Assembly: GCA_965365535.1 (NCBI GenBank)
Contig: CBDUCD010000001.1
Coordinates: forward strand, 1-57,842
Direction: 5' to 3'
DNA length: 57,842 nucleotides
Origin: an uncultured Rhodothermales bacterium
GTDB taxonomy: Bacteria; Bacteroidota; Rhodothermia; Rhodothermales; BA12
Positions 1-11,687 of this stretch are shown here, one piece after another. Position 1 is the first letter of the stretch. Each line of letters starts with the position of its first letter. Made by a program: the position numbers and the translations under genes. The notes under the pieces are model-generated. The model had not been told where the DNA came from. It did not search any database and saw only the letters and a list, made by a program, of their open reading frames with translations.

Positions 1-533
<533 letters not shown>

Positions 534-622
534 GATGGGGGCGTGTTGGGTGAAAAGGATGACGCGGAGGTAACGCCTGAGCGCGGGGCGAGGTCTGCCC
601 TCGGCGCGGCGTTACCGAGGCT

Positions 623-1183
623 TTACCCGCGCCCGGCAAGCAGGCGCAGCCGCGCCTGCTGCGCCGCCGTCAGCGTGCCCGCCCCGGCCGCCTTTTCGAG
701 CAGGTCGAGGGCTGCATCGGCGGAGGCGTCAGCGGGCGCCTCGCCTGTTTCCTCCACTTCCAGCTCCCTGTCGGTCGAGTGGGCGATGGCGGCTTCGAGA
801 AAGCGCTGCACGTACGGCAGGGCGTCGCCGCGCGCCGAGAAGTCCATCTGGAGCGTGAACAGGGCGCGGGCGCGGTTGACTTCCATGTGGAGCGAGGCGC
901 CCGAGAGCAGCTTCTTTTCGGGCCACACGCGGATGAGACTTGTGTAGGCCACGCGCTGCGGCGCCTCGATCAGGTTCTGGAAGCAGAACGCCGTCGCGCC
1001 GAACAGGGCGCCGTCGCGGGCCGTGCCCAGCCGCGTGGCGTCGTAGAGGGCAAGCGCGTCTTCGCCCAGCGCGCCGCCAAAAGCTTTGCGCGCCGCCGCC
1101 AGCAGCTTGGGGGGGATGCCCGGTGCCACGTACAGCCCCATCTGGGGCGCGTGCGGCAGGTACTGGCGGACGGTGCTTTCCAC
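623..1183 (-). CDS. hypothetical protein, probably co-transcribed with nuoN (SHOCT-like C-terminal tail)
   Basis: From ORF 623..1258. Its first codons overlap nuoN, so the start was moved to GTG 1183-1181, 4 nt after the nuoN stop (alternative ATG 1141). No family recognised. The tail ...LLEKAAGAGTLTAAQQARLRLL resembles a SHOCT motif. Confidence 0.5.
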   Translation of the reverse strand: MESTVRQYLPHAPQMGLYVAPGIPPKLLAAARKAFGGALGEDALALYDATRLGTARDGALFGATAFCFQNLIEAPQRVAYTSLIRVWPEKKLLSGASLHMEVNRARALFTLQMDFSARGDALPYVQRFLEAAIAHSTDRELEVEETGEAPADASADAALDLLEKAAGAGTLTAAQQARLRLLAGRG

Positions 1184-1187
1184 GGCG

Positions 1188-2663
1188 TCAGGGCGCGAGG
1201 GCGACGGGCAGCGCGGGGGCGAAAAAGCCGCCCGCCACGCCCAGCAGCGCCGGCGCAAACATCAGCACGAACAGGAGCAGCGCGCACACCACGAGCGCTA
1301 GGCGCGGCATCAGGGGCAGCGGCGGCAGCACGACGGGCGCGGCGCCCTCGTCGGGCACGCGCATGAACAGGTACACCAGCACGCGCAGGTAGTACGCCGC
1401 CGACAGCGCCGACGTGAGCACGCCCACGACGACGAGCCACGTCAGCCCGGCCTCGACGGCGGGGGCGAACACGGCGTACTTGCCCAGAAAGCCCGCGAGC
1501 GGCGGGAAGCCGGCGAGGCTGAAGAGAAAGATGCCCATCGTCACGCCCAGGAGGGGGCGCTGGCGGCCCGCGCCGGCGAGGGAGTCGAGCGTCTGCTCGC
1601 GGCCCGTCTTGCCGTCCCACTCCAGGTACGCCATCACGCCAAAAGCGCCGACGTTCATGACGGCATAGACGAGCAGGTAGAACAGCGCGCCGCCGTAGCC
1701 TTCGGGCGTGCCCGCCGCGAGCCCGACGAGGACGTAGCCCGCGTGCGCAATGCTCGAATAGGCCAGCAAGCGCTTGACGTTGCGCTGCACGAGCGCCGCC
1801 ACGTTGCCCAGCACCATCGTGAGGAGGGCGACGACGACGAGTGCCGCCTGCCACTGGGCGGCGGGCAGCGCGCTGTAGAGCACGAGGATAAAGGCCGCAA
1901 ACGCCGACGCCTTCGACGCCGTGGCCATGAAACCCGTCAGTGTCGTCGGGGCGCCCTGGTACACGTCGGGCGTCCACATGTGGAAAGGCACGGCGCTGAC
2001 TTTGAAGAGGAAGCCCACGAACAGGAGCGCCGCCCCCGCCCAGAACATGCCCGTCGCGCCGGTGATTTCGAGCCCGACGGCCATCTCGGGCAGCGACATC
2101 GTGCGCGTGGCGCCGTAGAGGAGGGCGATGCCGTAGAGGAAAAAGCCCGTCGAAAAGGCGCCCAGCAGAAAGTATTTCAGCGCGCTCTCAATCGCCCCCT
2201 CGTCCTCGCGCACAAGCGCCGTCAGGATGTAGAGGCAGACCGACATCGTCTCGAGCCCGACGAAAATCATCACCAGGTTGTTGGCCGTACCCAGCGCGAT
2301 CATGCCCGCCGTGGCAAACAGCATGAGGGCGTACACCTCGCCGTAGTTGCGCCCGATGCGCTGCAGGTAGGGCGCGCTCAGCAGCACGCTCAGCAGGCCG
2401 CTGAGCAGGATGATGACGTTGACGAACGCGGCGTAGCCGCCCACGCGCACCATGCCCCACCACGCCACGCCCTCGGGCGCGGCCAGGTGCACCAGCTCCC
2501 ACGCCAGCCCGGCGGCAAACACGAGGCCCGCCACAAAGGGCGCCGTCTGCTTGTTGCCTGAAAACGCGTCGGCCAGCACCACCACGAGCCCGGCCACCAC
2601 CATGAGGGTGAGCGAGAAGGTGGCTCCGAGGTCAGCGCCCAGCGAGGCGTACGAAAGCTCCAT
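1188..2663 (-). CDS. nuoN: NADH-quinone oxidoreductase subunit N
   Basis: 491-aa polytopic membrane ORF. It has the typical NuoN/Nqo14 pattern (...LGLETMSVCLYIL...KYFLLGAFSTGFFLYG...FHMWTPDVYQGAPT...KRLLAYSSIAHAGY). Confidence 0.92.
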   Translation of the reverse strand: MELSYASLGADLGATFSLTLMVVAGLVVVLADAFSGNKQTAPFVAGLVFAAGLAWELVHLAAPEGVAWWGMVRVGGYAAFVNVIILLSGLLSVLLSAPYLQRIGRNYGEVYALMLFATAGMIALGTANNLVMIFVGLETMSVCLYILTALVREDEGAIESALKYFLLGAFSTGFFLYGIALLYGATRTMSLPEMAVGLEITGATGMFWAGAALLFVGFLFKVSAVPFHMWTPDVYQGAPTTLTGFMATASKASAFAAFILVLYSALPAAQWQAALVVVALLTMVLGNVAALVQRNVKRLLAYSSIAHAGYVLVGLAAGTPEGYGGALFYLLVYAVMNVGAFGVMAYLEWDGKTGREQTLDSLAGAGRQRPLLGVTMGIFLFSLAGFPPLAGFLGKYAVFAPAVEAGLTWLVVVGVLTSALSAAYYLRVLVYLFMRVPDEGAAPVVLPPLPLMPRLALVVCALLLFVLMFAPALLGVAGGFFAPALPVALAP

Positions 2664-2689
2664 GCGTCGAAAAAAGAGAAGCGAAAAGG

Positions 2690-2986
2690 TCAGCCCCCGA
2701 TAAGGGCTTCGATGCGGCGGGCCAGTTGAACGTCTTTGCGCGTCACGCGATTGCCGGCGCTGTGCGTCGTCAGGCGCACGTCCACCCGGTTATAGACGTT
2801 GTGCAGGTCGGGGTGATGGTCGAGCGCCTCGGCCTCGAAGCCGACGCGGACGAGAAAGCCCATCGCCGTCCGGAAGTCGTCGAACGTCAGGTGCCGCACG
2901 AGGGCGTCGTCGCGCCACGCCCAGCCTTTCAGGCCGGCCAGGGCGTCGTCAATTTCGTCGGGCGTGAGGGCTTCGGAAGGGGGCAC
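2690..2986 (-). CDS. 4a-hydroxytetrahydrobiopterin (pterin-4-alpha-carbinolamine) dehydratase
   Basis: 98 aa with a GTG start. LKGW...L.R.F.F.DF..A..F...V...AE...HHPD......N.V...L.TH is the PCD/DCoH signature. It sits between the permease and nuoN. Confidence 0.88.
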   Translation of the reverse strand: MPPSEALTPDEIDDALAGLKGWAWRDDALVRHLTFDDFRTAMGFLVRVGFEAEALDHHPDLHNVYNRVDVRLTTHSAGNRVTRKDVQLARRIEALIGG

Positions 2987-3005
2987 GGGCGCGGGGCGTT
3001 GGCGG

Positions 3006-4577
3006 TCAGCCGGCGGGGATGGGGACGACCCAGCCGCTGAAAAAGACCGCCCAGATAAGGACGTAGATGGGAATCAGGATGGGCAGCGAGTACTTGGCGA
3101 TGTAGGCGCCAAAGCTCGGGCACTCGACGCCGCTCGACTCGGCGATGGCCTTGACCATGAAGTTGGGGCCGTTGCCGATGTAGGTGAGGGCGCCGAAAAA
3201 CACCGCCGCGACGGAGATGGCCTGGAGGTAAAAGCCCGTCGCCGCGCCCGGGTGCGCCGCGAAGTCGAGCACGTCGGCGGGCACGTTGACGTCCATGCCG
3301 AACTTGCCCATCGCCGCCGAGAGAAAGCTCACGTACGTCGGCGCGTTGTCGAGCACGCCCGAGAGCATGCCGGTGCCGAAGTAGAACGTCGTCTCATTGA
3401 GCACACTCGCGTTCTGGGCGGCAAACACGCGGATGAGTTCAAGAGCGGGCTGCATCGTCAGGAAGATGCCCACGAACAGGAAGCCCACCTCTTTGATAGG
3501 TTCGAAGTTGAAGTCGTTGCCTTCGAGCACCTTCCGGTCCGCCGTTTTGTAGGCCCCGAAGCAGACGGCGAACATGATGATCTCGCGGATGCCGAAGGGG
3601 ACGCCAAAGGCTTCGTGCAGGTCGGGCACCCACGAGAACACATTGGGGTCGAGGAAAACCGAGCCGATGATGACGGCCAGCCACAGAAAGCCCTGCTTGC
3701 CATCAATGACGAGGTGGCTGCGCGTGTCCACGTCGGCGACGGGCGCGATGCGGCCCTCGCCCTCGCCCGGCTTCACGTCTATGCCCTCGTGCGCCATGTG
3801 CTCGCGCGTGCTTTCGGTCTTGTTGCGCGCGTCAACGACCCAGAACACGGCCAGCAGGATGAGGACGGTGGGCAGCCAGATGTACCACACGTGCGCCAGC
3901 GTCCAGAAAAACGGCACGCCGCGCAGGAAGCCCAGGAAAAGGGGCGGGTCGCCGATGGGCGTGAGCGCGCCGCCGACGTTGGAGACGCAGAAGATGAAAA
4001 AGATGATGTGGTACGCCTGGATACGCCCCGCATTCAGGCGCATGTACGGGCGAATGAGCAGCATCGAGGCGCCCGTGGTGCCGATGAGGTTCGACACGAC
4101 GGCGCCGATAAAGAGCAGCACCGAGTTGGTGAGCGGCTTGCCCGCGTAATCGGTGCGGATGAGGATGCACCCGCTGGCCACGAAAAGCGACGCCAGCAGC
4201 GCGATAAACGAGATGTACTCCTCGGCGGCGTGCAAGACGGGCGTGCCCGAGCCCAGCACGAGCAGGTAGTACGCCGCCACCAGCACGCCCAGCCCGATGG
4301 CCCACTTGGGATAGTGGTGGTGCCAGTGGTGCGCGTAAAACAGCGGGCCGGTGGCAATCATGAGCAGCAGGGCCACAAAGGGCAGCACCAGCCAGACGGG
4401 CGGGCGCGGCCCATGCTCGGCCTGCCCGTGGACGCCCTCGCCGTGCGCGACCGTCACCTCGTCGGGCGTCGTCTGCACCGTGTCCAGCCCTCCCGCTTCC
4501 TGCGCGTACGCCTTCCCCGTCGGGGCCGCCGCAATGGCGGCAACGAGCAGCACCAGCAAGTAGAAAAATCGGGGCAT
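3006..4577 (-). CDS. nhaD: NhaD/ArsB-superfamily sodium:proton antiporter-like permease
   Basis: 523-aa polytopic membrane ORF with a signal-like N-terminus. It looks like the citrate-transporter/NhaD permease family. Its position between nuoM and pcd matches the R. marinus nqo operon as I recall it. The substrate is not determinable from sequence. Confidence 0.7.
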   Translation of the reverse strand: MPRFFYLLVLLVAAIAAAPTGKAYAQEAGGLDTVQTTPDEVTVAHGEGVHGQAEHGPRPPVWLVLPFVALLLMIATGPLFYAHHWHHHYPKWAIGLGVLVAAYYLLVLGSGTPVLHAAEEYISFIALLASLFVASGCILIRTDYAGKPLTNSVLLFIGAVVSNLIGTTGASMLLIRPYMRLNAGRIQAYHIIFFIFCVSNVGGALTPIGDPPLFLGFLRGVPFFWTLAHVWYIWLPTVLILLAVFWVVDARNKTESTREHMAHEGIDVKPGEGEGRIAPVADVDTRSHLVIDGKQGFLWLAVIIGSVFLDPNVFSWVPDLHEAFGVPFGIREIIMFAVCFGAYKTADRKVLEGNDFNFEPIKEVGFLFVGIFLTMQPALELIRVFAAQNASVLNETTFYFGTGMLSGVLDNAPTYVSFLSAAMGKFGMDVNVPADVLDFAAHPGAATGFYLQAISVAAVFFGALTYIGNGPNFMVKAIAESSGVECPSFGAYIAKYSLPILIPIYVLIWAVFFSGWVVPIPAG

Positions 4578-4595
4578 CTGCGTGGAGGCTAAAGG

Positions 4596-6161
4596 TCAGG
4601 GGGCGGCAACGGTGACGGCGGGCGGCGGGGCAAGCGGCGCGTCCGAGGGCAGGGCCAGGGCGGCGACGCGCTTGGCCTCGACCTGCTCGAGCAGCTGCCG
4701 CACGGCGGGCTCGCTTTTGGCGAGAAACGGCGCCGGCGCAAATCCCAGCACGATCATCAGCACGGCCAGGGGCACGAGGGCCGCCAGCTCGCGCCCGTTC
4801 AGGTCGCGCATCCCGCGGTTCTCGTCGTGGCGGATGGGGCCGTAAAACGTCCGGTAGAGCATCCACAGCAGGTAGATGGCTGCCAGGATGACGCCCGTCG
4901 TCGCAAAAGCCACGAGGATGGGCGAGCCGATGTAGGCGCTTTTGAACGTGCCCAGCAGAATCAGAAACTCGCCCACGAAGCCATTCAGGCCGGGCAGCCC
5001 TGCCGACGCGAGAACCGAGAACACCATGAAAAACGTCAGCACGGGCACCACGCGCGCCAGCCCGCCGAAGCTCTCCATCGCGCGGCTGTGGCGGCGCTCG
5101 TAGAGCATCCCCACGAGGAGGAACAGCGCCCCCGTCGAAAGCCCGTGGTTGACCATCTGGATGAGGGCGCCCTGCATCGCCTCGGGCGTAAAGGCGAACA
5201 GGCCCAGCACCACGAAGCCCAGGTGGCTCACCGACGAGTACGCGACCAGCTTTTTGGCGTCCGTCTGCACGCGCGACACGAGCGCGCCGTAGATGATGCC
5301 CACGACGGCGAGTAGGGCGAACACCCACGCCCACCGGATGGCGGCGACGGGGAAAAACGGCAGGCAGAAGCGCAGCAGCCCGTACGTGCCCATCTTCAGC
5401 AGCACGCCCGCCAGCACGACAGACCCGCCCGTGGGCGCCTGCACGTGCGCGTCGGGCAGCCACGTGTGGAAGGGAAAAAGTGGCACCTTGATGGAAAACG
5501 CGAGCGCGAAAAGCAAAAACATCCACGTCTGGCTTTCGGCAGGCACGTTGAACGAGAGGAGCTTGAAGTAATCCGTCGTGAAGACGCCGCCGTTTACCGC
5601 CTCTCCTGCTGCATATCCCAGATACAGAATCGCCACCAGCATCAGCAGCGACCCCACGAGGGTGTAGAGCACGAATTTCAGCGCCGCATAGATGCGGTTT
5701 TCGCTGCCCCAGATACCGATGATGAAGTACATCGGAATGAGGGTCAGCTCGAAAAAGACGTAGAACAGGAAAACGTCGTACGACGTGAAGACGCCCGTTA
5801 CACCCGTCTGCAACAGCAGCAACAGGGCGTAGTAGCCCTTGTGCTCTTTCGTGATGTACGTCCACGAGCCCAGCACCACAATCGGGCCGAGCAGCGTCGT
5901 GAGCATCACGAGCAAGAGGTTGAGCCCATCAATGCCGACGAAGTACGTCACGTCCAGCCCGGGCAGCCACGCCAGCTTGTCCACCATCTGCGGCGCCGTG
6001 TTGGCGGGGTCGAAGCCGAGGTAGAGCCCGATGGAGACGACGAACGTGACGAGCGTCGTGGCAAGCGTGGCCCACCGGATGGCGCCGGCGCCGCGCAGCA
6101 GCAGCACGACGAGCATCCCCACGAGGGGCAGCAGGATGACGAGTGAGGTGAGGTAAGGCAT
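4596..6161 (-). CDS. nuoM: NADH-quinone oxidoreductase subunit M
   Basis: 521 aa. GIDGLNLLLVMLT...FFELTLIPMYFIIGIWG...FHTWLPDAHVQAPT...KKLVAYSSVSHLGF are NuoM/Nqo13 hallmarks. Confidence 0.93.
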   Translation of the reverse strand: MPYLTSLVILLPLVGMLVVLLLRGAGAIRWATLATTLVTFVVSIGLYLGFDPANTAPQMVDKLAWLPGLDVTYFVGIDGLNLLLVMLTTLLGPIVVLGSWTYITKEHKGYYALLLLLQTGVTGVFTSYDVFLFYVFFELTLIPMYFIIGIWGSENRIYAALKFVLYTLVGSLLMLVAILYLGYAAGEAVNGGVFTTDYFKLLSFNVPAESQTWMFLLFALAFSIKVPLFPFHTWLPDAHVQAPTGGSVVLAGVLLKMGTYGLLRFCLPFFPVAAIRWAWVFALLAVVGIIYGALVSRVQTDAKKLVAYSSVSHLGFVVLGLFAFTPEAMQGALIQMVNHGLSTGALFLLVGMLYERRHSRAMESFGGLARVVPVLTFFMVFSVLASAGLPGLNGFVGEFLILLGTFKSAYIGSPILVAFATTGVILAAIYLLWMLYRTFYGPIRHDENRGMRDLNGRELAALVPLAVLMIVLGFAPAPFLAKSEPAVRQLLEQVEAKRVAALALPSDAPLAPPPAVTVAAP

Positions 6162-6191
6162 CCGCGAGGGGCGGTGAAAAGGCCGGAGAAA

Positions 6192-8294
<2,103 letters not shown>

Positions 8295-8337
8295 GCGGGG
8301 CGGGGCTTGTGCCGGGTGAAAAGGTTTCGGGCGGCGC

Positions 8338-8643
8338 TTAGTGGCGGAAAAGCGAGATCTGCGTCACGTCAACGGTCAGCTTGCTGCGGAAGATGGCGAT
8401 AATGATGGCCAGGCCGACGGCGGCCTCGGCGGCGGCGACGCTCATCACGAAAAACACCAGGATCTGCCCCGACGGGTCGCCGATGCTCTGGCTGATGGCC
8501 ACGAGCGTCAGGTTGACGGCGTTGAGCATCAGCTCGATGGACATGAGCAGGATGATGGCGTTGCGCCGCATCGTCACGCCCAGCACGCCCAGCACGAAAA
8601 GCAGGGCGCTGAGGGCGAGGTACCAGTTGAGGGTGACTTCCAT
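8338..8643 (-). CDS. nuoK: NADH-quinone oxidoreductase subunit K
   Basis: 101 aa with three TM helices. ...[11 protein letters not shown]...[11 protein letters not shown]... is typical NuoK. Confidence 0.93.
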   Translation of the reverse strand: MEVTLNWYLALSALLFVLGVLGVTMRRNAIILLMSIELMLNAVNLTLVAISQSIGDPSGQILVFFVMSVAAAEAAVGLAIIIAIFRSKLTVDVTQISLFRH

Positions 8644-8646
8644 GGC

Positions 8647-9156
<510 letters not shown>

Positions 9157-9224
9157 GGAGGGGTGAGTACGGTGGGCGCCGGGTGACGCGGGGCGCAAGT
9201 TAACGCACGCGGCCTGAAACGGGC

Positions 9225-9262
9225 AAAAAAGCGTCCCCCCCACCCAGCACCGGGGGCCTTTT
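9225..9262 (-). terminator. possible intrinsic terminator between the DUF58 operon and nuoJ
   Basis: The minus strand reads AAAAGGCCCCCGGTGCTGGGTGGGGGGGACGCTTTTTTGCCC. This is a short C5/G5 stem followed by T6. The stem is weak. Confidence 0.3.
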
Positions 9263-9277
9263 CGCCAATTCGTCAAT

Positions 9278-9326
9278 GTTGGAGGTTGGAGGTTCGCGGT
9301 TGGCGGCTGGCGGTTCGCGGCGGGAG
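9278..9326. repeat. seven tandem degenerate heptamers (GTTGGAG GTTGGAG GTTCGCG GTTGGCG GCTGGCG GTTCGCG GCGGGAG)
   Basis: Read directly from the sequence. It lies in the 357-nt non-coding gap between the DUF58 stop and the nuoJ start. Confidence 0.8.
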
Positions 9327-9456
9327 GCGGCTTCCCGCGTTTTATACCACACCTCGCTATCACCACGGCTTGCCCTCCGCGCCTCTGCCCTCGCCCCGGC
9401 CCATCCGGCAGCGGGTAATGGAACCCCTACGTCGCCCCTTAAACCAGACCTGGTAT

Positions 9457-9513
9457 CACCAACCAACCAACAACCAGCGAGCCGCAGGCGAGCGTACAAC
9501 CAACAACCAACCC
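9457..9513. repeat. CCAAC-rich array, inverted partner of the 9278-9326 heptamers
   Basis: CACCAACCAACCAACAACCAGCGAGCCGCAGGCGAGCGTACAACCAACAACCAACCCC. Its reverse complement is GGTTGG/TTGGTTG-rich. It abuts the DUF58 stop codon (9514-9516). Confidence 0.75.
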
Positions 9514-10851
9514 CTAAATCACCCCCTGCGCCTTGAGTTCGAGGTAGCGGCCCATCACGTCGAGGGTGAGGGTGGCGGGCGTGGTGTAGAGCGTGCCCAC
9601 GCCGTGCTGGCGCAGCGTGCGGGCAATCTCGCGCTTTTCGGCGCCAAACTGGCGGGCAATCGTCTGCACGTAAAGCGCGTCGAGCCTTTCGGGCTGGCCG
9701 GCGGCGAGGGCGCGCAGCTCGGTGTTCTCGAACAGGATGCACACGACGACGTGGCGGCGGGCCAGCCCGCGCAGCGCCGGCAGGTGGCGCTTCATGCCCG
9801 ACACGCTCTCGAAGTTGGTGAACAAGACCAGCAGGCTGCGGCGCGGCAGGTCGCGGTGGAGGGCTGCGTAAAGCCGCTCGCTGTCCGCCTCGTCGAACTC
9901 GGGCTGGAGGGCGTAGAGCGCTTCGAGGATGCGGTGCATCTGCCCCTGCCGCCGCTCGGCGCGCAGGCTCAGGTGGATGCGGCTCGCGTACGCGACAACG
10001 CCCGACATGTCGCCTTTTTTAATCGCCACGGCGGCGAGGGCGAGGGCGGCGTTGATGCTGTGGTCGAGCAGCGTCAGCCCGTCGAAGGGCATCTTCATCA
10101 GCCGGCCCATGTCGAGAATGGCGTAGATGGGCTGGGCGCGCTCGTCCTGGTACTGGTTCACCATCGGGTGGCCGCGCCGCGCCGTGGCCCGCCAGTTGAC
10201 GGCCCGCACGTCGTCGCCCACGGTGTAGTCGCGCACGTGCTCGAACTCGAGCGTGTGCCCCAGCCGCCGCATTTTGCGCACGCCCAGGGGTTGCAGGTTG
10301 CTCGTGGCGGCGGCGAGCTGGTACTTCTCGAGGTAGAGAAAGCTCGGGTACACGGCCACCTCGTGCGCGACACTGCTCTGGTAGCGCCGCTGCACCAGGC
10401 CGAGGCTTGTCGAGGCATACGCGTTGACGAGGCCGAAAAGGTAGCGCCCGCGCTGGGTCGGGCGGACGGTGTATTCGAGGGTGCGCGTCTCCCCTGCCCC
10501 CATCTGCACGCGCCAGCCGTAGCCGCGCAGCCCGAAGGCGGGTGGCAGTTCCTCCACCACGCGCACGTCGAGCCGCCCGCCCGTGGTGTTGCAGAGCGCG
10601 AGCGTTACCGGGTTGGGGTCGCCGTTGGAAAAGCGCGCCGGCACCTTCCGCGCCACCTCAACGCCGCCGCGCGTGCGCAGCAGGACGAGGGTTTCCAGCC
10701 CTGCCGCCAGCGCCAGCGCCCCCAGCACGATCCACGCCAGGCCCGCCAGCGGACTCCAGAAGTAGCCCAGCACGAACAGCACCGCCGCCCCGGCGACGCC
10801 CGCCACCAGGCGCGGCGTGAGGTAGAGCTGGCGCAGCGCCCCCGCGTTCAC
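9514..10851 (-). CDS. DUF58 domain protein (vWA-like, MoxR-associated family)
   Basis: 445 aa. Two N-terminal TM helices are followed by the DUF58 core ...EFEHVRDYTVGDDVRAVNWRATARRGHPMVNQYQDER.... The GTG start overlaps the stop of the upstream gene (GTGA). Confidence 0.85.
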   Translation of the reverse strand: MNAGALRQLYLTPRLVAGVAGAAVLFVLGYFWSPLAGLAWIVLGALALAAGLETLVLLRTRGGVEVARKVPARFSNGDPNPVTLALCNTTGGRLDVRVVEELPPAFGLRGYGWRVQMGAGETRTLEYTVRPTQRGRYLFGLVNAYASTSLGLVQRRYQSSVAHEVAVYPSFLYLEKYQLAAATSNLQPLGVRKMRRLGHTLEFEHVRDYTVGDDVRAVNWRATARRGHPMVNQYQDERAQPIYAILDMGRLMKMPFDGLTLLDHSINAALALAAVAIKKGDMSGVVAYASRIHLSLRAERRQGQMHRILEALYALQPEFDEADSERLYAALHRDLPRRSLLVLFTNFESVSGMKRHLPALRGLARRHVVVCILFENTELRALAAGQPERLDALYVQTIARQFGAEKREIARTLRQHGVGTLYTTPATLTLDVMGRYLELKAQGVI

Positions 10852-11624
10852 TGCGCCAGCTTTTCGGCGCGTGGGTGCGCCGCCGCCACCATCTCGCCCA
10901 GCAGGCTGCCCGTGTCGTCGCGCTCGAAGGCGGTGCCCACGACGGCAAAGGCGGCGCCCGCGTCAATGCGGGCGGCGACGGCTTCGGGCGTGCGCAGCCC
11001 ACCGCCCACGAGCAGGGGCGCCCGGCACGTCGCGGCGATGGCCTGGATGGTCTCGACGGGCACGGGCGCGTCGGCGCCGCTGCCGCCGTCGGCGAAAAGC
11101 AGTTTCATGCCCATCATCTCGCCCGCGAGGGCCGTCGCGGCGGCCAGGTCGGGCTTGTGGCGCGGCAGCGGCATCGAGCCGCTCATGAACTGCGCCGTCG
11201 TCATCCTCCCCGACTCGACCAGCATGTAGCCCGTCGAGATGGCTTCCAGGCCCAGCTGGCGGATGAGGGGCGCCGCCTGCACGTGCTGCCCGATAAGGTA
11301 CTCGGGGTTGCGGCCCGAGATGATGGACAGGTACAGCACGGCGTCGAGCGGGCGGACGACCTGGGTAAGCGAGCCGGGAAAGCCCACGACGGGCAGCCGC
11401 GTGGCCCGTTTCAGCGCCGCCACGTACTGGTCGAGGTCAACGGTGTGGATGAGGCTGCCGCCCACGAACAGGGCATCCACGCCCTCGCCCTCGCACCACG
11501 CCGCAAAAGCCGGCAGGCGGGCTGGCGGCAGCTTGTCGGGGTCGATGAGGACGGCCAGCCCGCCGCCGCGCGCGTCGCGCGTGTCGAGCAGGTAGTCGTA
11601 AACGGTGGAATAGACCAGCGACAC
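10848..11624 (-). CDS. geranylgeranylglyceryl / heptaprenylglyceryl phosphate synthase family protein (PcrB/GGGPS)
   Basis: 258 aa with a GTG start. (beta/alpha)8 PcrB pattern: ...LIDPDK....VDALFVGGS...PGS.....DA.L..S..SGRNPE.LIG.......E.I..GY.....G...........A..A.E..GMKL...D.GSGA...V....I........PL.VGGG.R. Confidence 0.8.
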   Translation of the reverse strand: MSLVYSTVYDYLLDTRDARGGGLAVLIDPDKLPPARLPAFAAWCEGEGVDALFVGGSLIHTVDLDQYVAALKRATRLPVVGFPGSLTQVVRPLDAVLYLSIISGRNPEYLIGQHVQAAPLIRQLGLEAISTGYMLVESGRMTTAQFMSGSMPLPRHKPDLAAATALAGEMMGMKLLFADGGSGADAPVPVETIQAIAATCRAPLLVGGGLRTPEAVAARIDAGAAFAVVGTAFERDDTGSLLGEMVAAAHPRAEKLAQ

Positions 11625-11687
11625 GGAAATCCAGGCTGCGGTGGGGGTCGGAAAAGGTACGCCAGCGGGGCCGGCGCGGGCGCGGAA

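Noticed and set aside
9200-9742. ORFs crossing the nuoJ-DUF58 intergenic tract (9200..9742 -, 9276..9536 +, 5' end of 9286..11229 +, 5' extension of 8647..9366).
   Set aside because: They are translated from the heptamer-repeat DNA, giving P/T/N/Q/R repeats such as PPTANLQPPT or QPTNNQ. They have no start context and overlap real genes in other frames.
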